Source: Callorhinchus milii
Lineage: Eukaryota
Length of the DNA: 64,000 nucleotides
Reading direction: 5' to 3'
Assembly: GCF_018977255.1 (NCBI RefSeq)
Contig: NW_024704742.1
Span: 95,358,001-95,422,000, forward strand
Position 1 is the first letter of the stretch. The number at the start of each line of letters is the position of its first letter. A model generated the notes under the pieces. That model was given only the letters and a program-made list of their open reading frames with translations. It ran no database searches and was not told the DNA's origin. Shown here in pieces: positions 1 through 12,399 of this stretch. Made by a program: the position numbers and the translations under genes.

Positions 1-8
1 GTGATGAG

Positions 9-253
9 AATAACAATAATCCTTGTATTTTGATAGAACACCTTATCCCTTCATTGAGATGTCTCAAAGTGCTTCACAAAATATACTCCCTAAGTGAATT
101 GAGTATTTTTTGTAGGCGAAACGCGGCAGCCAGTTGTGCATAGCGGTGTCCCACAAACAGTTATGGATTGAGTGACCAAATTTTTTTTTGAGGAATTATT
201 ACTCCCGGAAAGCAATCTGCCAATCAACTAAAAACCGGGTTCCTGCTTACTGC
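9..253 (-). mobile_element. tRNA-Ala-headed SINE family, long form, head missing, diverged
   Basis: Reverse complement of the shared body ctgtttgtgggacac..tggctgccgcgtttcgcc and tail; includes the long-form segment gcagtaagcaggaacc. Confidence 0.75.
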
Positions 254-440
254 GCTTTCAGTCACTACTCCCTAAAACTCTGGAACACTCTCCCTCAATC
301 CGTCCACCTTGCCCTCCTCTCTCCCCTTTTTCAAGTCCCGCCTGAAAACCTTCCTCTTCAACCCGTGACAAAATTATTATTATTTTATATTTTATTTTGA
401 AGGGATAATTAATTATCCCCAAATCAGGTGGAGAAAAGGA

Positions 441-547
441 GGAGAGAGAGAGAGAGAGAGCGAAGAGAAAAGGAGGAAAGAGAAAAAGTGAAGAGAGAAG
501 GAAATTGAGGGGGTGGGGGGAGAGAGAGAGAGAGAGAGAGAGAGAGA
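441..547. repeat. (GA)n microsatellites in a polypurine tract
   Basis: Two GA runs at about 441-460 and 519-547. Confidence 0.9.
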
Positions 548-2451
548 ACAAGGGGCAAAATACAAGGATCTGAAATTCCTTCAGGCCTTCATGTCAGTAA
601 TGCCACTATTGTTAATAAAAAACGAGAAAGCGGTTAGTGAAGAACATAGCAGCTTCCATTCATCTGGACTGTTCTCTGTTCCTTTACAAACTGAATAAAA
701 ATTGTCACTGTACAAAATAACAACTCTCTGTGGTATAAATACAGTATTCATAGACTTTTAAACAGTTGCAAAAGTTGACAAAAATATAGATTTAAGGCAA
801 AAATTGTTCGACAATTCTACCCCCAAAATAATATACCTTTCCCCAGATGAATTATCCTTTTCTATAATTTAGCAATCAATTGATAGACTCCAAGATGCTC
901 TTGTCGATGCGAGTGATTATGGACATTATGATGGCAATGGAGAGATTAGAAGCAACCTCTTCTAGTTTTTCATCCTCATTCAGCAAGACGGCTGAATATG
1001 AAAATCAGTTTCATTGTGGATATAATCAACTTCTGGAATGTCTGTAGCTAACATGCATTTCTGCCTTTGGCATTTGGAGAATATTGTGTTAGCTTTGCCT
1101 TCATTTCTGGTTTATAGAACTATTCTTGTTTGACTGATAGTGCAAATAATTGCATAGCACCAACGAATTATCACTTTCCTTTTATTTGATTATTTTCCAA
1201 TGAATAAATGCTGTGTTTGTAAATCATAAGTGAAACTACACAAAGGTAATTAAATTGATGAATAATAGTTTGAGGCGATTTGTGATTATTAGTATGTAAA
1301 TACAGTCTTGCTCATAGCAGCATAATGAACTGAAATGAGAACAGAACAGGGATGTAGAAATGAAGATTTAGGCTTTTGTCCATTTCTTTTCGTACAGACC
1401 AAGGAAACTTTAAAAGCTTCAAATATTGCTGGACGTACACATCCAGCTTGTGCTGGTTTCTTTTCAACAGCTTAGCCCTCCTGAAGCTGTGTGCCAGCTT
1501 GCTATAGATGTAGGAGCTGTCTTTATTTCTCATTTCCTTTGTTCCATTTCATGCAAAATAACTGGTTCATATTTGATTCAGAGAGGAAAGCCCGGGTGAC
1601 AAAAGCATACACTGAACAATAAGACAAGGGGTTGCAAACATATAGAGGATTGCAACAGAATAAACCAAATGAGCTAATAAAATAAGTGTGCCAAGGTTGC
1701 TTAAAGGTTTGGTTCTGTTGAAAAGTGCTGTTGTGACTTTGGTTGACTCCTCAAAGGTAAATGAATAAAAATCAGAGGAACATTTGGTTAATTGTTGGGA
1801 AAGTGGCAAAACAATGTTTATTTGATATTGGGTAAAAAAAAGTGTAAGGCTTGCAATGGCATATTGTGGCCCAGTATGAAGCTAAACTGCTTACATATCC
1901 TTGTTGACTATGCAGGTGTTCGAAGCAGGAGCAATATGTTTGCAGACTGGCCCATAGCTTTCAAGATAAATGGTACTAATGCCTTGACATCCTATTTTCC
2001 TCTGTTTTCCCGCCTCTATTATTTAATTCAATTGATTTATTTTCTCACCATCTGCTTTGTTCCTTCCAGACCACACATCATTCCCCAGTTAAAACGGTGG
2101 GGGAGTCATGATATCCAGAGGTTTACCCATATTTAATTGCTAGGAGCTGATTAATAATTATGACTTGATTTTGCTAGAGAAGAGCCTAACCTCCAGTTAA
2201 CAGTGCTCTTTGATGTCCTGGCTGGCATATGAAGTGCCTTTTGTTCGGAACGAAGTGTAAGCCTGCAATCAGGTCACTGGAATTGTGCATTGGAACATTG
2301 TCCACTATGCTATTGATTTTGTTACTAACTGCTCTCCATCGTTGGGAATAAGTGCTCAAGCACATCCAGGCACCTGCATGATGTCTGTCTTCAACCAATT
2401 TGTGTTTACCCGGAGCATATGGTTGAGACCTTTTTGCCGCTTCTTACTGTG

Positions 2452-2755
2452 TGCTGCCCATTCATTCCGCTCAGCGATCTCTGGCCTGCTCTATGTCCCC
2501 CGCCCTGTCCGCCGCACCATTGGAGGCTGGGCCTTCAGCGTCTCTGCTCCTTCAACAACAACAACAAATTATTTCAAGGCCCGCCTCAAGATCCTCCTCT
2601 TCAATAAAGACTTTGGTCACCCTCCAACCCCTACCCTCCCTGCCCTCTACCCCTACTGATCCCACCCTCAGCTCGGGTGTGTATCCGTGACTGTCCAGTG
2701 CATTGGAACATCCTTCCGACATTAAATGTGGTATACAAATGTAATTTATTGTTGT
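2452..2755 (+). mobile_element. L2 LINE 3' fragment, diverged
   Basis: Encodes SGLLYVPRP..TIGGWAFSVSAP like the L2 ORF2 C-terminus; ends in the L2-type tail. Confidence 0.8.
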
Positions 2756-2864
2756 AATGTGCAATATTTTGAGATAGGTATGAAACCTTAGTCCAAACAT
2801 TGCCCATACACTAGAAGAAATATAGCTTGAGGTAGTGATATGCACCAATTATTCAAAGTCACTG

Positions 2865-3892
2865 GAAACATCCTCTCTGTTTAGATTCCCTGTGTCTCCT
2901 TATCCCCTTGATCTCGCTGCTGCTTTTGATGCTGTTGACCATCCATCCTTCTCCGTTTCTCCTCCCTAGTACACCTCCATGGCTCTACACTTTCCTGGTA
3001 TCATTCTTACTTGTCCCAGTGTCTTCACTATGTCTCCCAATAATGGCTTCTCTTCCTGCCCTCACATGATGTCAACCACAGGCATATATATGCATGTGGA
3101 TTACAATCAATTTTACCTTCACCTTTGCCGCTGGGACTGTTCTGAAAGACTGCACATTGTACATTAATTCCCAAATGATTCTCGACTTTCACAAATTCCA
3201 CATCAACAAAACTGAGGCTATCCAGCTCGCTCCCATCAGCGTCTCTTCACCTCGGATGCTGACTGTATTAACCTTCCCAGTGGCTCACTCCAACTCATAG
3301 ATCCTTTTTGAAACCTCAGTGTTTTGTTCGATCCTTAACTCTCCTTCAATCTACCATCTGGGCTCTGACCAGGGTTTGCTTTCTTTCATCTCAGCATCAT
3401 TGTCTGTTTTCACTACTACCTCACTCCAATGCAGTCAAACCCCTCAATAATGCCTCTGTCACTTCCAGATGTCTCCATTACCTTGCTTACCAGCCTCCCC
3501 AATTCCACTCTCCACAAGCTCCATATCATCCAGAAGTCCTCAACCCACTTTCTCTCACTTGCCCACTAGCATCCGTGAGTCCATCGCCTTCTTCCTCACT
3601 CAACTCCACTGGTTCCCATTTGCCAACAAATCAATTCTGAGGTCCGTGTCTTTGTCTTCAAATGCTTCCACAGTCTTGCCCACTGTATCTCTGTGATCTC
3701 CTGTTACTCCCCCTACTCTGCACATTCTGGTCTGTTTTATGCCCCTGCCTGTTCAGCCCCACAATCAGTGGACAAGCTTTCAGACTTTGGCCGCCTCTAC
3801 CTCTCAATTCCCAATCTGGCTCTCCATCTTTGTAAAGTGCTTTGGAATGATCTCCTTACATGAAAGGTAAAATTTAATTACAAATTGTTGTT
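2865..3892 (+). mobile_element. Highly decayed L2 LINE
   Basis: Recognisable remnants (DLAAAFDAVDH, INKTEA, LHWFP) and an L2-type 3' end. Confidence 0.7.
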
Positions 3893-4338
3893 CTTTCACA
3901 TTGATGCTAACTAATAATAAGCTATTACAATAGCTTCTACGCATTCTTCTATTATCTTTCCTGGCCTCCAGCTGTTCGAGAGTACAGACAAATAGGATGG
4001 AAAAATCTGCAGTATGGTTTCTGAGACTACCCTTACTATATTTTGTTGATTATCTGAAGCAATTTATGGTTGAACCTAATTATCCAGGCTAAGTGTCTAA
4101 TCATGCTATTTAGACAGAGAAAGTGCTTGTGGAGATTACTGTAGTAAGAAAGAAAGGCAAATAGAGCTGCACTTCATGCAGGTTGGATTGAAAAAAGTGA
4201 AAACTTCTTTTCCCAGGAAAGATACTGATATATTTGTATTTTTTTAACCTTTCAATGAATTCAGCAGGTTGGGAAGTAATTCAGTCTGAGAGGATGTTTG
4301 AGTTAAGCTGATGCTCTGCTTGAAAGTTGCCCTGCTTT

Positions 4339-5293
4339 CATAGAATCATAGAATTATACAGCACAGAAGTAGGCCATTCAGCCCATCGTGTCTGTGCCTG
4401 CTCTTTGATAAGAGCTATCCAATTCAATCCCTCTCCCCTGCTCTCTCCCCAAAGCCCTGCATACTGGTCCTCCTCAAATAATTATCTACTTCTCTTTTAA
4501 AAGTTGATATCGAATTGGCTTTCACCACCCTTTCAGGCAATGCATTCTAGATCCGAACAACTCGTGTGGAAAAATTTCTCCTCACCTCCACTCTGTTTCT
4601 TTTAACAACTATTTTAAATCAGTGACCTCAGGTTACTGACCCACCCGCCAATGGAAAAAGTTTCTCTTTGTTCACCCTATCAAATCCCATCATAATTTTG
4701 AAAACGTCTATTAAGTTTCCTCTTAACCTTCTCTGCTCCAGGGAGAATAATCGTAGCCTCTCTAGCCTCTCATGGTAACTGAACTCCCTCATTCCTGGCA
4801 CCATCCTGGTAAATCTCCTTTGCACCCTCTCCAACGCTTTGACATCCTTCCTAAAGTGTGGCCCAGAACTAAACACAGTGCTCTCGGTGAGGCCTAACCA
4901 GTGTTTTATAAAGGTTCATCATAACTTGTTGACTTTTGTATTCTATACTTCTACATGTAAAGCCTCGTATCCCGTATGCTTTTTTAACAGCTGCCTGTCC
5001 TGCCACCTTCAAAGATTTACTTACATGAATCCCCCGGTCTCTCTGTTCCTTCACCCCTTTTAATATTGTACCATCAGCTTATATTGCCTCTCCTCATCCT
5101 TCCTCCCAAAATGCATCACTTTGCATTTCTCCACATTAAACTTCATCTGCCACATGTCTGCCCATTTTACCAGTCTGTCTATGTTCTCCTGCAGTTTGCT
5201 ACTATCCTCCTCACCATTTACTACTTTCCTAGCTTAGTATCATCTGCAAACTTGGAAATTGTATTCCCTATGCCCAAGTCCAGGTCATTTATA
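4339..5293 (-). mobile_element. CR1 LINE, 5'-truncated, frameshifted
   Basis: Minus-strand LERVQRRFTRMVPG, LFSLEQRRLRG, KTLVRPH; tandem (ttctatga) tail. Confidence 0.92.
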
Positions 5294-5321
5294 TACGAGA
5301 CTAGACTTAAGAGTCTAGTCC

Positions 5322-6839
5322 TCTGATTTTCTTGCCCCACACATCACTGACATCATAAACCTGTCCCTCTCCTCTGGCTCTGTCCCCATTCCATTAAAAA
5401 CTGCCATCATCACGCCCACCCTGAAAAAACCCTCCCTTGATGCGTCGCAGCTATCAAGCTACCGGCCCATCTCCAACCTCCCCTTTCTCTCCAAGGTCTT
5501 GGAAAGAGTTGTCGCCTCCCAACTGCGCTCTTTCCTCTCCACCCATTCTCTTTTTGAACCCCTTCAGTCAGGTTTCCGTGCTGCTCATAGCACAGAAACT
5601 GCCCTGGTCAAGGTCACCAATGATATCCTGACTATCTGTGACCAGGGCTCCCTCTGTCTCCTCGTCCTCCTCGACCTATCGGCAGCATTCGATACGGTCG
5701 ACCACGCTATCCTACTCCACCGCTTGTCCTCCCACCTCAACCTTCAAGGCACTGTCCTTGAATGGTTTAGCTCTTACCTTTCCCACCGTCTTCACTTCGT
5801 CTCAACGAATGGCTTCTCCTCCACCCCCCGTACTGTCTCATGTGGTGTCCCTCAGGGCTCTGTCCTCGGTCCCCTCCTCTTCACCCTCTATATGCTCCCC
5901 CTCGGTGACATCATCCGCAAACATGGGGTTAACTTCCACATGTATGCGGATGACACCCAACTCTACCTTTCCTCCTCTACTCTCAACTCCACGACCACCG
6001 ATGTCCTGACAGCCTGCCTGTCCGACATCGAGTCCTGGACGAGAGACAACTTTCTTCAGCTCAACGTGCGAAAAACCGAGGCCCTCCTGATTGGCTCACG
6101 TCAGCGCCTCCGCACCTCAGGCGCTGACACCATCAGCATCCAAGGCTGCACTCTCCACCTCTCAAAGCCAGTCAGGAACCTCGGCGTTTTGTTCGACCCT
6201 GAGCTGTCCTTTCTCCCTCACATCCGCACCACAACTGGCACCGCCTTCCATCACCTCCGGAATATCGCCAGATTACGGCACTACCTCACCCCTCACGCTG
6301 CTGAAACCCTGGTTCACGCCTTTGTCACCTCAAGGCTGGACTATGGGAACTCTCTCCTCGCCGGCCTTCCCGCCACCTCCCTCCACAAGCTGCAGGTCAT
6401 TCAGAACTCTGCAGCTCGTGTACTGTCCCGCACCAGGCTTCGGGACCACATCACTCCTACCCTCGCTCGCCTCCACTGGCTCCCCATCCCCCAGAGGATT
6501 GATTTCAAGATCCTCATCCTCACCTACAAGGCCATTCACGGCCTTGCTCCCTCCTACCTCTCCAACCTACTATCCCCCTACCTACCTGCCCGTACCCTCC
6601 GTTCCTCTGGCTCCGGTCTGCTCCACGTCCCCCGCCCCAACCGCCCTACTATCGGTGGTCGGGCCTTCAGCCTCTCAGCCCCGAGGCTCTGGAACTCCAT
6701 CCCCCAGTGCCTTCGCCTTGCTTCCTCCCTTTCCTCCTTCAAGGCCGGTCTCAAAACCTTTCTCTTTGACCGTGCCTTCAGCTCCCCTCTCGACTCTCTT
6801 CCTCCGCCTCGCTCCCTCCCTTCCCTCCCCTCACCCTGA
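5322..6839 (+). pseudogene. L2 ORF2 remnant: about 505 uninterrupted codons, no endonuclease domain and no start
   Basis: The frame of ORF 5499..6839 extends 59 codons upstream without a stop ([30 protein letters not shown]). Confidence 0.9.
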
Positions 6840-6941
6840 CCATTTCCCCCTCCTCTCTCCCTCCCTTCCCTCCCCTCACCCTGACCATTTCCCCCCTCCT
6901 CGCTCCCTCCCTTCCCTCCCCTCACCCTGACCATTTCCCCC
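6807..6941 (+). repeat. Three tandem copies of a 45-46 bp pyrimidine-rich unit across the L2 stop codon
   Basis: ccctcccttccctcccctcaccctgaccatttccccc x3; ctgac at 6836, 6881, 6927. Confidence 0.92.
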
Positions 6942-7550
6942 AATGCTCGGGTCATGACCCAACTGTGCAGCGCCTTGGGACGTCCTCCTGACGTGAAAGG
7001 CGCTCTATAAATGGAATCTTGTTGTTGTTGTTGTTGTAGTGGTATTGCAGGCTGCCTTTATATAGCATTACTGAAGTAGGAAACACTATTCTGTTAGGAC
7101 ATTCAGTATTTATAGCTTTTTATACTATTTATGTTCAATCCTATAGGCAGATGGGCTATTTTATATAGAGAATAATGGTCTGGTTCATGCTTTAATTGCC
7201 TACTGCAAGTGTAGATAGCTTACCAGTTCAGAATATTCTATTTATGTTTGAAAACAAGATGTACAGTATATTCATTCAGTAAATCTCTAGATTTCACAGT
7301 GCTCTGTTGAGGTTATTCATGACACATTTGTGTTGAAATGAAAATAAAATGATGCAATATTTGTCCTGTTTTGACTCGTCCTTAGTCAGATATTCTGTCA
7401 CCACAAGCCATTTCTATTTACCACTGGAGGCAACAAACGATCTTGAACTGGGCAATATGACCTTCAATGATTCTTTTTCAAGAGATGTTATTATATTTAC
7501 TCAATTAGTTATTTGTTTCATTACATTATGTGGTGGCACTGTTCCCACCC

Positions 7551-9047
7551 CCTCAAAACAGCTGTCATCAATCCCATCCTCAAAAAATCTTCCCTGAATC
7601 CATCCCTACTCTCCATCTCCTACCTCCCATTCCTCTCCAAGGCCCTGGAATGAGTTGTTGCGTCCTAGCTTCACTTTTTCCTCTCTCTTCAATCCCTCTC
7701 TGAACCCCTCCAATTGGGTTTCTGTGCTGCCCACAGCTCTGGTCAAACTCACTAACAACATTCTGAATATCTGTGACCAGGGCTCTCTCTGCCTCCTTGT
7801 CCTCCTCGACCTCTCTGCTGCCTTCGATACTGTCAACCATTCCATCCTACTACACCACCTCTCCTCTCAGGTCAATCCTTGCAGACCTACCTTGGCCTGG
7901 TTCGAATCCTTCCTCACCCACCATCTTCACTTTGTCGCCACTAACGTCTTCTCCTCCAGCCCCCCCCACCATCACAGTGGTGTCCCTCAGGGCTCTGTCC
8001 TTGGATCTCTACTTTTAAATATCTACATGCTCCCTCTTGGTGACATCATCTGCAGTCATGGGTTCATCTTCCCCATATATGTGGGTGACACCCAACCCTA
8101 CCTCTCTGCCTCAATTCCAAGACCACGGCTGTTCTCACAGACTGCCTGTCGGATAACAAGTCCTGGATGAGAGCTAACTTCCTGCAGTTGAATGTCAACA
8201 AGACCGAGGCCATCCTGCTTGGCTCCCGTCAGCGTCTCAATACTTCAGGCGCTGACAGCATCTCCCTCCATGGATGAACTCTACATCTCATGGAGCCAAT
8301 ATGGAATATTGGCATCCTGTTCGACCATCGACAGTCCTTCATAACCCACATCCATGCCATGACCTGCTCCCCCTTTCCCCACCTCTGCAACATTGCTCGG
8401 CTCCGCCACTGACTCACACTGCAGGCCGTCGAGACCCTCATACACGCATTCATAACATCCAGGTTTGAGTACCCAAATTCCCTTCTTTTTGGCCTCCCCA
8501 ACTCCTCCCTCCATAGGCTGCAGATCATCCAGAATTCAGCAGCCTGTGTCCTCTCTCGCACCAGGCTCTGTGACCCTATCACCCCCATCCTTGCCCGACT
8601 CCACTGGCTTCCCATCACACAGAGGATGCAGTTCAAGTTCACTGGACCTCAAAGCCCTCCATGGCCTTTCTCCCCCTTACCTCGGTGACCCCCTACCAAG
8701 CTGCTCGCTCCCTCCGCTCAGCGGGCTCCGGCCCGTTTCATGTCCCCCTCCTCACCCGCCCCACCATTGGCAGGCAGGCCTTCAGCCACTTCCCCCCACC
8801 CTCTGGAACTCCTTCGAGCAGTACCTCCGCCTCGTCCTCTCCGTTGCCTCCTTCAAGACCCGTCTCAAGACCCTCCTCTTCTAATGTGCCTTCGGTCACC
8901 CTTCTTCCCCTCCTGCCCTCCACACTCCCAGATCACGACCCCCAGCTCGGGTCCGAAACACTGATTGTCCAGGGCCTTAGGACTTCCTCCCAATGTGAAC
9001 GGCACCATACAAATGTTTTTTTTGTTTGTTTTTTTGTTTGTTTGTTA
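7551..9047 (+). mobile_element. Older L2 LINE with stops and frameshifts
   Basis: [21 protein letters not shown], decayed YVGDTQ; L2 tail. Confidence 0.92.
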
Positions 9048-9352
9048 TTGAACCCATTCAACCCAGTCCTAAATTAATTTTGATGGTAACATAATTTTCC
9101 TAACTTCACACATTGCATTGAAAATACTGAATATTTGGTATTTGCTTTTGGCTCCTGTACAAAGTTTCTATTTACAATTTTATTTGCTTCATGTCTTACA
9201 GTTCTGAATTGTATGTTTATGTATTTTCAAAGCAACTTTGCTGAAAAAAACTCAACTAATGTTGTCCATCTTACATCTGAGATTAACCTAATTTTTTACT
9301 GCTGGAATCTTTTGGTTAAGTTAACTGTTAAGTTAAGTTAGCTCCAGTTAAC

Positions 9353-9665
9353 TGGAGTCCTGTAGCTCAGTGGTTAGAACACTCGCCTTGCAAGCGAGAC
9401 ACCTGGGTTCAATTCCGGGCAGGGCAAAACCTTGGGCAAGTTTCCTTACTCCACACGCCTAATAATAATCCCTCCAAAACAAAACAATAATAAATTGGTC
9501 ATTCTCAATCCACGACTGTTTGTGGGACACTGCTGTGCCCAATTGGCTGCCGTATTTCGCCCACAAATATACAGTCAGTTCACTTTACAATATATTCTGT
9601 AAAGCGCTTTGAGATGTCGAGAAGACGTGAAAAGCGCTATATTAAATGCAAGGATTATTATTATT
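9353..9665 (+). mobile_element. tRNA-Ala-headed SINE, short form, full length
   Basis: A box tagctcagtgg, B box ggttcaattcc, anticodon arm ctcgc-cttgcaa-gcgag, L2-like tail, (TTA)n. Confidence 0.93.
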
Positions 9666-10577
9666 GCCAAACCATTAGAGGAAATGTGCATCATTTAAAC
9701 CCTAGGGGATAGAAATAATGAAACTAGTGTTGCTGGAATGATCTGCATTACACTGCACTGAAATGGATCGCAAGAGCGTGAAACACAATCGATCCCCATT
9801 TCACTGGTTAATGGAAAATATTATCTAGCTTTAGTGAATAAACAAAAACTGATCAGACTCATCTCGCTGGTACTTCTTGTCCTGATTCAATCATTTGAGA
9901 TCGGAAGAGTAAAAATAGCAAAACACTCTTTGATTCAATGAATATGGTGACTTTGTCGCCACTAACATGGAAAAGTCCACGGGCAAGGTTTCTGTTTACC
10001 ATAATCTCTCAGTTCAAGTGAAAATAAACAGTTTTAAATATTTTATACATTGTACTTCACAATCACTGAAATACTGTTATTTTTCACACTGTTTGCAGAG
10101 ATCTTTCTGTTGAAAACTTCTGTGATGACAGTCTCCATTCATTTCAATGCATGTGTAAGGCAGAGTATTTGGAACTGAAGATCTTGGATCCTGTGTGTTC
10201 AGTCTCCCAGCCAGTATATCTTTCGGGATGGGGTAATCCCTGATTGCCTCCCAGACTGATATGATGTGACAAGCCCCTTTGAGATGAATAGATCTTCTCT
10301 GGGCCTTGTGGGACTATTTCCATTAACTGAGATCACTGGAGAGACCAAGGAGAGAAAGAGATCTGAAATTGCAATACTCTGAGGTTTGAACGTTGGCAGT
10401 ACTGAATTGCAATCTTTGTCTGAGGTGATAAGGAGAGCACTGTGAACAGAAATTACTCCCGAGAACATTTTCATTCAGTTCTGAAAATTTATTTCAGTCA
10501 CTGTAGCTTGGTCTCATAGTTTATAGTAAAAGCATTTCTGTTGCATACTTATTGTGTTTTTTTATTGTACATTTTAC

Positions 10578-11160
10578 AATACAATACAAATTTACATTTG
10601 TGTAGCACTTTTCACATTGGGTGGATGTTCCAAAATGCTTAATAGTACTGACTGGGCACCTGAGTGGTGGGGGTGGGTGGGAAGATTACCAAAAGAGGTT
10701 GGACTTATGATGAACCTTGAGCAAGGTGAGGGAAGGGAGGGAGGGAGGGAGTTGGAGGGACTCCGGGATGGAGTTCCAGAGAGTAGGGGCAAAAAGGCTG
10801 AAACCCCACCCGCTGATGATAGGATGGGAGACATGAAGCTGGACGGTGTTCGCTGAGCAAAGGGAACGGGTCGGCAGGGTTCGAGGAGATCACAGAGGTC
10901 ATGTGGAGCAATATGTGGAGGGATGTAAAGATGAGGTATTTTGAAATGCACCAGGACAATAACAACGTATTTATACAGCACTTTAACATAGGTTAATGTG
11001 TCAGAGCTCTTAAAAAGACTTAGGCATTGAACAAGGGGGAAGGGACCATCAATGAGGTTGAAGAGGTAAGTTTTTGGAGGGGATTTAAAGACTGATACAG
11101 AGGGGATCGAGGCAGACGGGTAAAGGGAAGCAGTTCTAAAGGTTAGTGGCATAGTTGCTG
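10578..11160 (-). mobile_element. Two tandem decayed L2 3' fragments
   Basis: Two reverse L2 tails (about 10580 and 10958), each followed by G-rich ORF2 C-terminal remnants. Confidence 0.65.
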
Positions 11161-12399
11161 ACAGTCACTAGACAAAGTGTCAAAGAAGAAACGCTGCATT
11201 CTGTCTCTCTCAAGTTTATACTCCTGGGACTCGAATGACTCTTCGCTTTAACTAACGTCACCCAGGAGAGAACATCCACTCATTTGAACGGGGACTGGCA
11301 GGTCAGTTTAGGAGCCGTTCCGGATCTGGCTCACCCAGAAACATGCCATTCACGACATTGGGGCTTGGCACTATTCATTATTATTTGAGACTAACATGGG
11401 GAACAGCTGACAGTTGTGTGAACCAATGTACTCTTCATTTAGTTAAAAATAAAAAATCTGGGGACGGAGTGTCATTACAGACTAAAACATTATCCTTTTA
11501 CTGCTGAGAACCAGGATTAGATTGCAGCCCAGACTGACAATCACCTTTCTCATCAAACGGCCACAATGTTTGTGGATTGAATGGTTGTACAGCATGGATG
11601 TGGGTCGTTACATTGGCTGTTTTACTCAGGCCACACAGAAGTTGTCAGTTTAGTAATTGTTCATATTAGAGCACTAAAGGGTGGACTGAAAACTTAGATC
11701 AATTCCACCTTTTGAAGTAACACACCCAGGATATGACCATAGGTGAGCTTGTCTACATTTTTTTTAAAAAAGTGTTTTTTTTAATAAAAGGCAACCTTGC
11801 TGCAAAGTGTCTGGCCTCCTGATCAGGGCAGCTGTCTCACCAGATGAGACCAACCTGCCAGTAATTCACTCTTCCGTCACTTCCAATTATCAGTGAAATT
11901 AAGTTGCATTATTTAAAGAAAAGAAATTGTTCTTCATTAGTGCATTAATGCATTTGCTATGTGGGAGCGTTCAATGGATTTCAGGTCACGGGTCGAGCAC
12001 TAGGCTGTAGAAGGGACCTGTGTATAATGTACCTAAAGCTTCACTGAGTGCCACATCTGCCAAAGATCCATGCAAACTGATACTCATAGACCAGGATAAA
12101 CTGTCATTAAGAAACCATAAATTAGATTATGCACATTAACGCAGAATGAAATTCTATCCTGTGCTCTGCTTGTTATTCTTTTTCAGCTCCTTACCACATT
12201 ATCATCATTGCTGGAATTGCTTGCTTGGATCAAGAATGGAAGTTTCTGCTGCATGATTAAGCGGTGCTGGGTCACGCACAGTAGTGTGACCCTTCTCTGT
12301 AGCCAACCAGCCATAGAATCATGTTGAAAAAACACACTGGCATCAGTAGTAGAAAGGAATACACAATAGAAGAGGATGATGCTTTGCTAAGGAAAGTTT

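Larger units (their letters stand above)
5322..7037 (+). mobile_element. Young L2-clade LINE, 5'-truncated (RT plus C-terminus, 3'UTR, stem-loop, (TTG)n tail)
   Basis: [57 protein letters not shown]; tail gggacgtcctcctgacgtgaaaggcgctctataaat..(ttg)n. Confidence 0.97.

Noticed and set aside
1398..1475. + strand acceptor followed by TKETLKASNIAGRTHPACAGFFSTA-stop
   Set aside because: No similarity to FRMD3 or any protein I recognise; likely a chance acceptor
5499..6839. 446-aa ORF as a host gene or a prokaryotic-type RT system
   Set aside because: It is a 5'-truncated L2 ORF2 with an L2 tail; the listed start is an internal TTG; the context is a vertebrate intron
6807..6941. CRISPR-like array
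   Set aside because: Tandem units with no unique spacers, inside a LINE 3' end
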